Shown here: positions 12,701-25,500 of the stretch, in pieces
How the letters are laid out: the number at the start of each line of letters is the position of its first letter
How positions within the stretch are numbered: position 1 is the stretch's first letter
Assembly (NCBI GenBank): GCA_047967505.1
Contig: CM106538.1
From: Dipteris shenzhenensis
Taxonomy: Eukaryota
Length of the DNA: 64,000 nucleotides
Direction: 5' to 3' (one strand)
Translations under genes and position numbers: made by a program
Notes under the pieces: model-generated
What the model saw: only the letters and a program-made list of their open reading frames with translations
The model's database searches: none
Told to the model about the DNA's origin: nothing

Positions 12701-15700
12701 TGACACTTCAAAAACATGCTATGGTTGATGCATTGCCTCCTCTTGAAACACCTTTTCCACATGCCTGTAAAGGGTGCATTCTTGGTAAAATGCACAGATT
12801 TCCTTTCAAGAAGGATGGATCAGTAAAAGCTGTTCGAAAATTATAGCTTATTCATAGTGATGTTTGTGGTCCCATGAGGACTCCATCATTGGGTGGTCAT
12901 CTTTACTTTGTCACTTTTATAGATGACTACTCCAACTACACTTGGGTTTATGGGCTGAAACGCAAATCAGAAGTGTCTATGGTTTTCAAACACTTTGCAG
13001 CCATGGTTGAAAATGAATCAGGACTCAAGATACATACATTACACACAGATACAGGAGGGGAGTATTTGTCTGCAGATTTTGATGCATTTTTGAAAGACAA
13101 GGGCATTGCACATCAGCTTACAGTGAGGCTAACCCCTCAACAAAATGGCAAAGTTGAGAGAAAAAATCTTACTCTTATGGAGATGGATAGATGCATGCTA
13201 AAAAGCAAAAGATTGCCTCACAAATTTTGGCTTGAAGGTCTCATGTGTGCCAATTATGTTTTGAATGAGGCTCCCACAAAAGCTTTGAAGACCAAGAGGG
13301 AGAAAGCCTTCTGTGAATCATTTTCATGTTTTTGGATGCCTTGCATATGCTTATGTGCCCGTTGAGTTTCGGCATAAGTTGTCTGATAAGGCAATCAAAT
13401 GCATTTTTGTTGGGTACAATGCAGAGAGCAAGGGCTACCGTCTCTACAATCCTGTCACACGCAAGATTATTGTCAGTAGAGATGTTATATTTTCAGAAAA
13501 TTCAGCTCACACTCAAGCTGAATTTGATATGCCTACTTCTTCCGATGATGTCTTTGACGGATTACTACCCATTGCCTTGGGTTCCCCTGCTGATATATCT
13601 GATGCAAATCGAAATTTCCAGATACCTTCACATGCTCCGATTCAGCCACAGGATGTCTTACCACCTCCACAAGCAGTGGAAGAGGTTGTTCAGCAAGAAA
13701 TTGCAGATATACATGCAGTAAAAACAGTTCCAAATTGGCTGTTACAAACTCTCAGGGAGAGTAAAATTGATGCTCCATTACCTGGCAGAACTCGGAGTGC
13801 TGTAAGGCATGGGGGGGGAGCTCTTTCAGTTGAATCAGCTTATGCAGGTACTCTTCTTGATGAGGAGGAGCCTGAGACATTTGAAGAAGCACAGGATAAT
13901 GTGCATTGGATGAATGCCATGCACGATGAATTGCAGTCCATTCAGAAAATTCAGACATGGGAAGTTGTCGATTTGCCACCAGGTAAACATGCCATAGGTA
14001 CACGGTGGGTTTTCAAAGTCAAAAGAAAGCCAAATGGGTCCGTTGATCGGTACAAGGCAAGGCTGGTTGCAAAAGGATATGCTCAGAAAAAGGGCATAGA
14101 CTATGAGGAGACTTTTGCTCCTACATCCAAAATGACAACCATCCGGTCAGTTATAGCCATGGCTGCAAATTTTGAATGGAATATTCATCAGTTGGACATT
14201 AAAACAGCTTTCCTTAATGAAGACTTGTTGGAAGAGGTTTATGTCAAACAACCTCAGGGCTTTGAAATTTCAGGAAATGCACTTCAGGTATGCAAGCTGA
14301 ATAAAGCTTTGTGTGGGCTGAATAAAGCTTTGTGTGGACTGAAACAAGCCCCACGTGCATGGTATGCCAAAATTCATGCCTTTCTGACCAGCAAGGGGCT
14401 GCACAATAGTCCAAGTGAGAGCACCCTCTACATCAAGAAGGATGGGGGGGATATTTTAGTCATCATTCTTTATGTAGATGACTTACTGCTCACATGGTCA
14501 AATGAGGATAATTTTGCAGATTTTAAAGCTGAATTGCAGACCACTTTTGACCTGTCAGATTTGGGGCTGCTACACTTTTATTTGGGGATCCGGTTCACTC
14601 AAGAGAAAAGTGGCATCGTTATGTCTCAATCCAAGTATGTGCAGAAACTCTTGGATAGATTCAACATGCAGGATTGTAAGCCCATAGCTACTCCCATGGA
14701 GTCGGGGCTGAAGCTTACAATGCACGATGGAGGTGAATCAATTGATGTCACACTCTACAGTCAAGCTGTTGGATGCCTCAGTTATCTTTGCAATACACGA
14801 CCTGATATTCAGTTTGCAGTTTCTCAGGTGAGCAGATATATGCACAGCCCAAAGACTATGCATTGGCAGGCTGTAAAACGCATCTTCCGTTATTTGCAAG
14901 GTACAAAGTCTTTTGGCTTGATGTTTCCCAGGGGGGGTGACTTGCAGATGCATGCCTACAGTGACTTAGATTGGGTTGGAGACTATGACACTAGGCAGTC
15001 CACAAGTGGCAATTGTTTCTTTTTGGGCAAAGCTTGTATTTCTTGGTTAAGCAAGAAACAGTGTACAGTGGCTACCTCCTCATGTGAAGCTGAGTACAGG
15101 GCAGCTTTCATAGCGACAGTTGAATGTGTTTGGCTGCGTCGTTTATTTGCTTATCTTCATCTTTCATTGGAGGGTCCTTCTCTAATTCTCACTGATAGTC
15201 AGAGTGCTAATGCAGTGGCAAAGAATCGTGTGTTTCATGCTCGCACGAAGCACATTGAGGTTCACTATCACTACGTTAGAGAGAAGTTGCATGCAGGAGA
15301 GATCAGTATGATCTATGTGTCAACACATGACAATGTTGCAGACATTTTCACCAAAGCACTTTCACGTGAAAAGTTTGAGGCATTTCGCAATGCCCTGAAC
15401 TTATCTCCTTTTGGTGATTGATCATTTCCTTGTACATGACATTGGCACTGCAGGGGGGTGTTAGAATTATTGTTATAATTTAGCAGTGACCAATGTAATG
15501 TAATAAGTAGGTTAGGGACACTTTTCCCTCAATTTAGAGGTTTTTTTCCCTAACCACAGTTAGTTCACTAACTACGGTTAGTGAAGGATAAGGTTTTGTC
15601 ACTTAGAGAAAACCTATCCCACTCTTCAGTTGTACTACACTCTTCTATTGCAACTATTGCTTTCAGCTCTCACTCTCCTACTCTCTTGCTCTCCTGCTCT

Positions 15701-15733
15701 CACACTCTGCTCTCTCTCCCTCTCCAACTCACA
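9794..15733 (+). mobile_element. Full-length Ty1/Copia LTR retrotransposon (decayed ORF)
   Basis: 275-bp TG..CA LTRs (9794-10068, 15459-15733); TSD AGCTC; PBS TGGTATCAGAGC at 10071 (tRNA-iMet); PPT aggggggg. Domain order gag, PR (WYFDSG), IN, RT (YVDD), RH; several stops and frameshifts. Confidence 0.97.
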
Positions 15734-15738
15734 AGCTC

Positions 15739-16300
15739 TAGCTGGCATTTCCGCATCATCTTTGTGAAACACCGGAGATGGTCGCTTTCTGTCATGTCCG
15801 AGGTAGGTTAGCCATCTTTCTAAATGATTTCCATTCCAGAAAAAAATAGTATCATTGGGTTATTGTCATAGACTAGACCTATTGCTCGGATGATGCCCGG
15901 ATGTACGACATCGCCCAAGCATGTGGCTTCTTCCAATGCGTTGGCCTTCAATGCATCAATGGACACAGAAACCCTCAGCACCTTACATGCATAAATCTTG
16001 TCTCTTTCAAAGGGAGTGACAAGAATATTGCACATGCTGACTGTTCCTTTCGTGCCTATGCCCACAGCTGCACTAGGTGTGAATCAGATGTCTCGTCGCT
16101 GAAGCAGTATTGGTCGCATGGGTCTTGGCACTTCTACATGATCACACAAGCCATGTGATGTGCTGGTCGCATGGGTCTTGGCACTTCTACATGATCACGC
16201 AAGCCATGTGATGTGCGCGGTGCTTGTGCAGGCGAGAATAAAGGAGATGGGAATGTATCTGCTGGTGCAGATAGATTGTGCATTTGTGGTGCAGGCGAAA
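15739..16300 (-). pseudogene. Cargo protein kinase copy 1, N-lobe
   Basis: GIGTKGTV (Gly loop), YACK, EE, HPGIIRAIG; frameshift in the A-run near 15845; then FWNGNHLERWLTYLGH...MPARA. Confidence 0.85.
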
Positions 16301-16424
16301 ATACGGGAGATGAAAACTAATCTGCACGTGTGGTAGGAGGCATAAATGGAGGCACAAAAGATGTGAAATGTGATCGTGCATGTGGTGGGAGATGTGAAAA
16401 ATGTTTGTTTGTAGGAACTCTTGG

Positions 16425-16770
16425 ACTGGCACTTATCTCTCTTAAGAGAGTTGTGTGTTACAGTCCAAGCTTAGTGATGTTTTCATAGATGCTTATTCTG
16501 GCACTCATCTCTCCCTTGAGAGTTGTGTGTTACAGTCTAAGTTTAGAGATGTTTTCAAGTACTTAGTCTGGCACTCAACTGTCCCTTGATAGTTGTGTGT
16601 TGCAGTCTAAGTTAGATATCATGCGACGTTGTCTTAGACACTTAGTCTGGCACTCAACTGTCCTTGGATAGTTGTGTGTTGCAGCCTAAGTTAGAAATCA
16701 TGCGATGTGCTTTTAGACACTTAGTCTGGCACTCAACTGTCCCTTGATAGTTGTGTGTTGCAGTTGAAGC
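16425..16770. repeat. Tandem array of five 70-79-bp units in the palindrome spacer
   Basis: ctggcact(c/t)a...agttgtgtgtt(a/g)cag at about 16426, 16498, 16568, 16647 and 16726. Confidence 0.85.
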
Positions 16771-16873
16771 CTAGTGTTAGATGGTGAAGTCCACGATTAG
16801 GTTATACCTAGGTCATTTTTTGTGTTTTGATTTTCTATAGTATGTTACATGATTTAAGGCTTGAGCTTGAGTT

Positions 16874-17186
16874 GAGAGGTTATACCTAAGTAATTTCTTA
16901 GACTGCTTGCATTGATTTTCTTATTGCACATGGCACTGAATTCTTTTTTGAATTCTGTGTTGCAGCTTACTGCATATGAGATGGCTCACGCAGGTGAGAA
17001 GTTGAATTCTTTTTTGAATTCTGTGTTGCAACTTACTGCATATGAGATGGCTCACGCAGGTGAGTAGAGAGGTTATATCTAAGTAATTTCTTAGATTGCT
17101 TGCATTGATTTTCTTATTGCACCTGGCATTGAATTCTTTTTTGAATTCTGTGTTGCAGCTTACTGCATATGAGATGGCTCACGCAA
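16874..17186. repeat. Nested direct repeats (three ~65-bp units; two ~130-bp units)
   Basis: tgaattcttttttgaattctgtgttgca(g/a)cttactgcatatgagatggctcacgca at about 16938, 17003 and 17130. Confidence 0.85.
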
Positions 17187-17676
17187 TCTCACAAAGTCTT
17201 AGAGGAAGGTGCTGAAAAACGAGAATGTACACTTCTTAATAAATGTCGATCAGGACATCATTGAGATAGCTTTCCAAAATGGTGAAAATGGTGTACAAAA
17301 TTTGGTGAGGACAATGGCAGAGCGTGAAGGGAGGACCTGCGTGATCGATTTTCAGATGTTTTCATAGTAGTCTATAGACCAGTATTTGTACCACTTAGCG
17401 ATGGAGGGCCGAGGATAACTCGGTCATATGTTGCATTCCACCCAATGCACCCACGTCCCCAGTCATATGTCGCATTCCACCCAACGTAGCCGCAAGCACC
17501 ACTGCAGCCACGCCACGCGTATGCACAAGTGCATCCACCACAACATATTGAACCCCGTATCCCTTTTTTTAAGATCTTTCATACCTAGAAGTTCTTCCTC
17601 CTTTTTCACATCTCCCACCACATGCACGATCACATTTCATCACATCTTTTGTGCCTCCATTTGTGCCTCCCACTGC

Positions 17677-18144
17677 ATGCGCAGACCAGTTTTCATCTCC
17701 TGTATTTTCGGTCGCACCACAAATGCACAATCTATCTCACAAGCAGATACATTCCCATCTCCTTTATTCTCGCCTGCACAAGCACCACGCACATCACATG
17801 GCTTGCGTGATCATGTAGAAGTGCCAAGACCCATGCGGCCCATACTGCTTCAGCGACGAGACATCCGATTCATGCCTAGTGCAGCTGTGGGCACAGGCAC
17901 GAAAGGAACAGTCAACATGTGCAATATTCTTGTCGCTCCCTTTGAAAGGGACAAGATTTATGCATGTAAGGTGCTGAGGGTTTCCGTGTCCGTTGATGCA
18001 TTGAAGGCCAACGCATTGGAAGAAGCCACATGCTTGGGCGATGTCGTACATCCGGGCATCATCCGAGCAATAGGTCTAGTCCATGACGATAACCCAATGA
18101 TACTATTTCCGTTCTAGAATGGAAATCATTTAGAAAGATGGTTA
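17677..18144 (+). pseudogene. Cargo protein kinase copy 2, N-lobe
   Basis: VGTGTKGTV, IYACKVL, ALEEA, HPGIIRAIGLV; inverted repeat of 15809-16330; premature stop at 18115-18117. Confidence 0.85.
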
Positions 18145-18465
18145 TTGGACCATCATTTTTATCGCAACATTCAGTTATACAAATAATATTTAAACATTAA
18201 TTATTGCATCATTTATCATATTTGACAATTGGATCATCATTTTTATCGCATCATTTACTTATACAAACAATATTTAAACATTACCTATCGCATCATTTAT
18301 CATGTCACTGTAAATATACAAACTGTTCGAACAATGGAGTGGTGGATCCAAACTTGGATGATATATAAAACTAAAAATGTTACAAGTTCCATGATCGATC
18401 ACTCATGTTACATCCCGGCGATGATATATAAAACTAAAAATGTTACAAGTTCCATGATCGATCAC

Positions 18466-19112
18466 TCATGTTACATCCCAGCGTCCAAGAAAGACTGAGT
18501 CATTGGCTGGTCTAAGTCCTTGGTTTGGACTGAGTTGTATACCACATCTTGGAGCAATGTCAAAAATCCCACAAAAATCTGCAGTACTTGGATGTCTATT
18601 CGTTTCGGTTGACTTTTCCTGAACCGCAAATCGTCGTATACGCCCGATTAGAGCTTCTGCGGGCCCCGTACTTGGCAATGGTGCACAAATGTTCAAGATT
18701 TTCAGGATGTGATGAGACATGGCATACACATCATGTGCAACATCGAAAGGTAGGGGATTGGTGCAAAGGCACTCTGGAGCAACATGACGAAACCTAGCAA
18801 TGGAGCTTCGCACAGTGTTGGGGCTATCACTGAGTAATGCGGGATAGTGCTTTCTAGTGTTGCATGGGGTCATCATTCCCCATTCACAAATGCCTACACC
18901 TCCTCGGATGACTCCGAGAAGTGTAGCATAATGTTTTGCGCATGCAAATTATTATGCAGGACATTGTGTTGGTGCATGTAATGAATAGTGCGAACTAGTG
19001 CACTTAAAATATCAAATACATGCTGACGGACCCATGGAGCTCTAGCAGGCATTTCCGCATCATCTCTGTGAAACACCGGAGATGGTCGCTTTCCATCATG
19101 TTCGAGATAGGT
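18466..19112 (-). pseudogene. Cargo protein kinase copy 2, C-lobe (inside an inverted segment)
   Basis: YMHQHNVLHNNLHAQNIML, RHVAPE, DVYAMS, RHPSTADF; opposite orientation to its own N-lobe. Confidence 0.8.
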
Positions 19113-19511
19113 CTAGAACAATTTGCAAAGATAAGTTCATTCCATTATTATCCTGCAACAATCTGTATATTCAAGCATGAGATCAAGTATTTGATTGAGT
19201 CCGAAAGACTCAATCATTATGTCCATGGAAAGCATAAGATATCCTCAACATCAGAGGTCTTACAGAAGGCAAGGGTTATATGGACAACATTTGGTTCTCC
19301 AAATCCTAATTTGAAGCGAAAGGTCACAAAAACAGACGCAGACACACTCACGAACTTCTATACTTCTTTGAGTGCAGTTGTGCCTAGGGGAACTCAAGAG
19401 CGAGAAGAAAGTATGACAAGCCTCAAGGTGGTGAGGGACAAATATGCGGACTACACTTCTATCATATTTCGTCCTGTTGAAGTGTTCAATGAGATGCTTG
19501 AAACGTGCATT

Positions 19512-22500
19512 GATTTTGGACTGGTTTTTCAGCCTCCTTCAGCTGAATTCCGTTTTTCTTCATAACTCCTCACCCGTTTGGATTCCTCAACTTTCGTTTG
19601 GCCCGATGGCTTCCCCTCTGCCTCCCCTTCGTAGTGATATGCTTTTCCCTCCGTGTGTTTGGTAGAACGGGCAGAGCTGAGCACTTCTTTTGCTGGTCGA
19701 ATTTGTAAAAGTGGCTTTTTCTGGACCTTTTTTCTTCTACCGCCTCTTGGGCCTCTCCTCTTGCAAAGCTACAGCTTTCTGTTGAATTTCGAGTGGTCCG
19801 ACGCGCTGGTTGACTGGTTTTTCTCAGTTTTGGAGGACTTTCCGGCGATGAAACTTCTCCAAAACCTTCTCAATGCATTCCTCTCTGAAGCACGCTTCTT
19901 TTAAGCCCAAGAACTCCCACTTCTTCGCGACAGAAGTGCTTCTTTTCGCATTTTTAAGTGGAATTCTTGCTGGTCGGCTCTTGTAAATGCTCTTTCTTCA
20001 TGCCTTTGCACTCCTCTTTGGCTGAGAATGCAATTGGGCATTGGCTACTATGTCCTCTTGGCGATTGAGGACTTGGTTCGAGTTTTCAGGGCTTGGTGAG
20101 TTGTGATTTTGCTACTGCAATTTCTTTTTGCCATAAGCTATTGGTTGGCCTCGTGTGCCGCCTCTTTCTTGGCTCACAGGTGCCCAGGCAGTGCTACATG
20201 AGTCATTCTTTGGTTGGGTACTTTGCTGATTTTATTTTGGAGCTTTGAAAAGCTTTGTGAATGCCATCTGGAAACCACTCAAAGAGAGTGCAGCTGGGGT
20301 GCAGTGTGATTGCATCTGGACAGCCAATGGAATTGCACTCGGAAAAGAGAATGCCTTTGGGTTGAGCCTATGGGTTAAGTGCACTTATGTGATGGTGTTC
20401 TATTCTTGAAAGCCTTGCGAAGGCTTAGTGAATTGGGGCTGCGTGCTCAGTTGCAGGGAAGGTCTCCCAGATGCAACTTGTAATCATTTCACTGTGAAAT
20501 ATAAAGAAATACCGAAAGGGGCGCCACGGTGTTTGGGGCCAATCGGGTGCACTTGTCTATGTCTGTTGAGCAGGGGCATTCTAGCCTCCATCCCTTTTTC
20601 AGTGGTTTTGTTTGTGAACAAATGGGTAAATGCCAAATGGTGATCATGCAATGGTTAATGGTTGTGATATATGCTTTGTGAGCTGTAAATAAGTACTGAA
20701 GTGATTAAAGGTTTAGTTCCATTGCCCTCTGAGTGATTAGAGGCCGGTTTCATTGGTTCCGTTGCCGGGACACCACACACTCTTTGTCAAGAGGTGGGCC
20801 TCGGTAGTTTGGTGGAAGGATATCTTTGCTGCACTTTTTGACAGCTGAATATTACAACCATAAACATGGTGAGTACCCATGAGCAAGAGAGCTCCACAAC
20901 TCCTCAAGCCTTAATGATCCAGCTAGTGTACAGCTGCAGGGAGCACAACAAATGCCTTTTGAGCAAGCCACACATGAAGCTACAACTGAGCTCAACGGTG
21001 ATACTAGTTCTAGCAGTGAGTCAGATGATGCTACTATGTTGAGTGCACAGCTTGCAAGTGCAGTGACTGCTTTGACTCAGCTGGCTCAAAATTTGGCTCA
21101 GATTGTGCAAACAAATGCCAAGAAGAAGAAGAAATCAAGAAAGCACAAGAACGGAAAGAGTGAGTACACACATGCATCAGCTTCTCATGGCAGACCGCAC
21201 ACTAATGCATCAGTTTCCCATGAGGGACAGCCATCAAAAATGACTCAGAAAGTGACTTCCAAGAGAGAGGAATCGCCCAAAAGAGCACTTGAGAAAGAGG
21301 TACAAAAAGTACATCCAGTGCAACAGTATGAGCAGCCAGCACAAGGCCTTGGTTTGGGTATTTCTACTCCTCAAAATAATAATGTGCAGTCCATAAATGT
21401 GGCTCAACCACCTCAGCCATATTTGAGGCAGCAACCTGAATATTTTGGTACAGATTCTATCTTTGATGCTATGTTGATTTCACCGCCAATTGGGCATAGA
21501 AAGCAAGCCATGTATGACAATGTGGGAATGCAGCCAGGCATGCAAGCCACAGCATATGCTCCCAAGCCTAATGTTCAGCCAAGCATGGCTCTCCCTAGTG
21601 AAGGGAATGCTGCAAATATACAGCCATCTTTGGGACAGCCAATATCAAATGTATATAAAGAATTTAAGGATGGTGGTTCTCATGTCAAGTTTGATACATA
21701 TAATGGAGTACAGGACAGGTACAAAGCCCTCACATTCCTTCAACAGTTTGATGCTGCATTTCTTGGGGGTTTGTTTACAGAAGCATCCAAGATGAGGAAG
21801 GTTGCCACATTTTTGAAAGGCAATGCACTTAAGTGGTACACTAACCTTATGCTTCATGGAGATGCACCTGCTACTTGGCTGGAATTTAAGCAAGTGTTCT
21901 CTTCTACTTGGCTTACTCCAACTTTTGAAGTTGAAGTACTTTCACACTGGCATGACTTGTCATACAAACTTTGCAAGAATCTTGATGATTACACCCAGAG
22001 GTTTTGGGATGTTTTGCTACCATTGAGCTCTTACAGGCATGTTTCTTTGAAAGAGCAAATAGAGAGGTACTGTTGTGGATTGCCTAGTGAGCTACGTGAT
22101 TATTGCATCAAAACCAAGGTGGGTTCTATGACTTAATTAATTGAGAATGCAAGGACAGCATATGCATGGATGCAGGAGAAGAATGTGGGCTTTATGGACA
22201 GCAAGAAAGAAGACAACAAATGGGCTGCCAAACACCAGGATAAGGACATCAAATCTGAAAATAAAAATTATGGCAAATGACCGTTTCAAAAGGGAGGAAA
22301 AGCCCAATTCAAAGCTGGTCAAAGGCGTGGACAGCCTAATAAACAGCCCCGTACCAAGTTATCTGATGAAGAGAAAAAGTCACTCATGGAGCAAAACAAA
22401 TGTTTTATATGCAAAGAAGAGGGACACCGCTCTTATGATTGCCCATTCAAGAAAAGAGACAGGTCAGATGATGATAAGAATGGTGATAAACAGGCTGATC

Positions 22501-25500
22501 GGAAGGGCAAAAAGCCTAAACCTTCTGCAGGACTTCTTCCAGATGTGATTGGGAGTTTGCCACATGCACATGATGAAGAGGAAATGAAAAAGACTGAGAT
22601 GTGCAGAGCATGGGGAAAAATCAGAAATCAGAATTGTTTGTTTTTCTTTGATTCTGGGGCAAAGGCAAATTTCATAACTCCTGATATGGCAGGAAGGCTT
22701 GGCATCGAGCCTGAGGAAATGGGGCCATCCGGCATGTGTGAAATGGCCAACCCTGAAGTCAACACACCTGTCACTCCTATCATTGGCAAGTTGAGGATGC
22801 ATATCCAGGAATATCAGGATGCAGAGGACTTCTACATTATGCCTTTGCCAGAGTGCGATGCTTTGCTTGGGATGCCTTGGATGTACAGGGTGGGGGTTGA
22901 TGTGCAGATGAGAAACAAGAAGATTTCTATAACTCATAGAGGCAAAAATCATGTACTTGATGTAAAGTTGAAAGGGGAGTCCATCCCTGTAGTTTCAGCT
23001 TCTTGTATTTCCAATGTAATAAAGCGTCATATTTCAGCGTACTTGATTTTTGTCACAGAGGACAGCCAACCAGTTCAGGAGGGCTCTACTCTTTCTGCTT
23101 TAGATAGAGAAAGGGCTGCTTTTATTTCAGATTTTCAGGATTGTTTCTCAGATGCACTTCCTCAAGAATTACCTCCCAAGAGGCCCGAGGATCATCAAAT
23201 TGATATAATTCCAGGAAGCTCACCGCCTAATATACCTCCCTATCGTGTCAGTAAGGCACAACAGGAAGAGATAATGTCACAAGTGAAGGAACTCTTAAAA
23301 AAGGAATTAATACAGCCAACTTCCAAGTAATTCTCCTTACTGTTTCCCTGTGTTGCTTGTGCAAAAGAAGGATGGCAGTTGTGTATTGATTATAGGGCTT
23401 TGAATAAAGTCACAATTAAGAACCGTTTTCCAATTCCACGCATTGATGATATATTGGATCGGTTGGAAGGTTCCTCAATGTTCAGTTGTATTGACCTTAA
23501 AAGTGGATACCATCAGATAAGGATACGGCCTGAAGATGTCTACAAGACTGCCTTCCGCACTTCATTTGGCTTATATGAGTTCCTTGTGATGCCTTTTGGT
23601 TTGACTAACGCACCTGCCACTTTCAATAGAATGATGGACAGAATTTTTAGAGCACACAGAAAGTTTGTGGGCACTTTCTTCGATGACATCATTGTGTTCT
23701 CTAAAAATGAGCAGGAGCACAGGAAACACCTCACTATTGTGTTTCAAGAGTTGAAAAGACACAAGCTATTAATAAACACCAAGAAAAGTGAGTTCTTTAT
23801 GCATGAGATTCATTTTCTTGGTCATATAGTGTCAAAGGATGGAGTCAAGATGGATCCTGCAAAAGTTGAGGCCATAAGGAGTTGGCCAATTTTGAGAAAT
23901 CTGCATCAAGTCAGAAGCTTTCTTGGGTTGTGTTCATACTATCGGAGGTTTATAAAGTACTTTGCAGAAATTGCTTCTCCCTTGCATGCTTTACAAAAGA
24001 AAGCTGTACCGTTTCGGTGGGGACCAAAGGAGAATGCAGCTTTTGAAGAGCTGAAGCAAAAGTTGTGTTCTGAACCCGTTATTATCTTGCCAGATCTTGC
24101 AAAACCCTTTGCTGTAACTTGTGATGCATGTGGAAACAGCATAGGAGGCACTTTGATGCAGGATGGCAGAGTGGTTGCATATGAGAGTAGAGTTCTCAAA
24201 GATGCTGAATTGTACTTGCAGATATACGAGAAGGAAATGTTAGCAGTGATACATGCTTTGACCACATGGAAACATTACCTTCTTGGAGCTGATTTTTATG
24301 TGCAGACAGATCATCAGTCACTTAGATATTTTCTCACGCAGAGAAAATTATCTGAAAAGCACATGAGATGGGCTAACTTCCTCTCAATGTTTCATTTTCA
24401 AATTGTACATGTGCCGGGTAACAAAAATGTCGTGGCTGATGCACTTTCCAGGAAACCACAGCCTGAAGCAGTCTCCAAGAAACCCAGTGTTTCAGCAGTG
24501 AGCATTGCTTACAACAATGTGTTAGATGTGATGAAAGATCAGTATGTTAATGATGCTGATTTTTCAACTATTTATGATCAGCTTTCTGATGGTCAAAGGC
24601 ATGATCACTATATGTTGAAAGAGGGTTTCATTTTGATGCATGGACGACTCTGTGTCACTGATCAGATGCGACAGAAAGTCATAATGGAAAGTCATGCTCC
24701 TCCATAGGCAGGACATAGGGGAATTACAGCAACAATTACAGCAGTGGAGCAATACTTTTATTGGCCATCTTTGAGGAAAGATGTGGAAGAATATGTGAGA
24801 ACATGCATGGTTTGTCAGAAAGTAAAGTTTGACAGGCAGAAGGCACCTGGGTTGTTACACCCTTTGCCAATTCCGGATAGACCATGGCAAAGCATAGCTA
24901 TGGATTTTGTGTTTGATCTTCCACGTACTCCTACTGGACATGATGGATTGTGGACAATAATTTGCAGGTTTAGCAAACAAGCCCACTTTGTGCCAGTAAG
25001 AAAGAAAATTACAGCAGATCAAATGGCCAAATTGTTTTTGCAGCATGTCTTCAAGTATCATGGGATGCCTGAATCCATAATCAGTGATAGAGATCCGAGG
25101 ATGACCAGCCTCTTTTGGAGAGGACTGTTTGAAAATATGGGCACTACGCTGAATTTTTCATCATCTTTTCACCCTCAGTCTGATGGACAATCGGAGCAGG
25201 AAAACTCTACCATCTTGGATATGTTTAAATGCTATGTCTCAGACCACAAAAGCAAATGGGATATATACTTACAATAATACGGTGCACACATCCACAGGTA
25301 AAGCACCTTTTGAAATAGTGGAAGGTGCCAGGAAGATACCTCCCATTTTGCATAGAAAAGAGAAAATCTTCGAAGCTGATCGTTTTGTGGAAAGCCTTGA
25401 AGAGGCTTACAAGAAGATCAAATATGCCTTGCAAAGAAGTGAAGACAAGCAGAAAAGAGCAGCAGATAAGCACCGCAGGGAATTGCTATTCACAGAAGGT

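Noticed and set aside
19653-20643. ORFs repeated at 26841-27092 and 27616-27831
   Set aside because: They lie inside the duplicated Gypsy LTR; the similarity reflects LTR duplication, not coding constraint.
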